Sequence record: MZ475892.1
Length of the DNA stretch: 64,000 bases
Strand: one strand, 5' to 3'
The position numbers and the translations under genes were made by a program. The notes beneath the pieces are model-generated. The model worked only from the letters and a program-made list of their open reading frames with translations. It searched no databases and was not told the DNA's origin. Positions 63,417 through 64,000 of the stretch are shown here, in pieces; position 1 is the first letter of the stretch; each line of letters opens with the position of its first letter.

Positions 63417-64000
63417 TTAAGCTGAATCGCCGGCAGCAACAGGAAGCATCAGACGCATACCACGGTTGTCTTTACCGTTAGCGTTCATACCCTGATACAC
63501 GGTCTTATCAGCAGCTTTCAGCGGGTTCAGTTGCACCTGAGAGCCAGAAGACAGCACGTCGGCAGAGGTGTAGCCCAGCATGTCCAGTGTAGCGAAGTAC
63601 ACGTAACGCTGAGTGTTAATCATCTGCGGGAACAGCACGATAGCGCGGTTACCTTCGGCAATCATAACCTGTTGCATTGGGTTGATGATTGGGCCGCAGT
63701 CAGCGCTTGCCTGTACAGCAGACACAGGAACGGTAGCAGCATAGATGCCGTTCTCGATAACAACGTAGCGCTGAATCGATTCAGGCTTCAATGTATCAGG
63801 GTCGCCTGCCAGACCACCGCCACATGAGAACACAGCGAACAACGGACTCTGGTCACCAGGCTTAGTGTCGCCTTCCTGAACGCCGCGCTGAACAACGAAC
63901 CACGAGAACGCAGTACCGGTGTTGTCGAAGCCTTCTGCATTCACATGCAGTGCTACGCCGTGGTCAGTAACAACCAGATCGTAGGTCAGTGGGTAAGCGG
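63417..64000 (-). CDS. Virion structural protein paralogue, N-terminus outside the window
   Basis: The frame stays open to the edge (AYPLTYDLVVTDHGVALHVNAEG...); aligns with PFTYHISLTEHGFAVHIQAEG of 62226-63398. Confidence 0.7.
   Translation of the reverse strand, partial: AYPLTYDLVVTDHGVALHVNAEGFDNTGTAFSWFVVQRGVQEGDTKPGDQSPLFAVFSCGGGLAGDPDTLKPESIQRYVVIENGIYAATVPVSAVQASADCGPIINPMQQVMIAEGNRAIVLFPQMINTQRYVYFATLDMLGYTSADVLSSGSQVQLNPLKAADKTVYQGMNANGKDNRGMRLMLPVAAGDSA

Noticed and set aside
242-63827. The many + strand and alternate-frame ORFs in the track
   Set aside because: They are shadows of long - strand genes, with no SDs or motifs; for example, the Ser-rich ORFs at 47413 and 56173 are the antisense of the acidic tracts.

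Overview
This window is a 64-kb slice of the virion-morphogenesis region of a large (jumbo-type) myophage. Every credible CDS is on the - strand. In transcription order (right to left) it contains: tandem paralogous virion proteins and a 1397-aa repeat-rich fibre-like protein; an acidic protein; NAD+-dependent DNA ligase; an Ig-like protein; a GT2 glycosyltransferase; the head module (prohead protease, HExxH metalloprotease, acidic scaffold, decoration-like protein, major capsid protein); the contractile tail (sheath, two tube paralogues, chaperones, tape-measure-like protein with a muramidase domain, gp48/gp53/gp27/gp5-like parts); an island of enzymes (NUDIX, MmcB-like nuclease, dTMP kinase); a ~1.3-kb gap without long ORFs; PAAR, gp25-, gp6- and gp7-like baseplate genes; and many fibre genes, including four collagen-like proteins, one ending in an intact Hint/intein domain. 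From memory the gene content resembles the 'hairy' enterobacterial jumbo myoviruses (Erwinia Y3 / Dickeya JA-AD1 type); this is inference and was not searched. The main unexplained signals are: (1) a ~0.87-kb densely base-paired element on the + strand, opposite to all genes, which is a candidate large ncRNA; (2) a recurrent [S/A]-x-S motif that looks like the prohead-protease site and also occurs at the N-termini of ligase and NUDIX, suggesting head-packaged enzymes; (3) a register-locked collagen fibre family together with a Hint domain and a candidate fibre glycosyltransferase; (4) a GCTAATTT late-promoter motif. All product calls come from motif recognition by eye; no database searches or folding programs were run.
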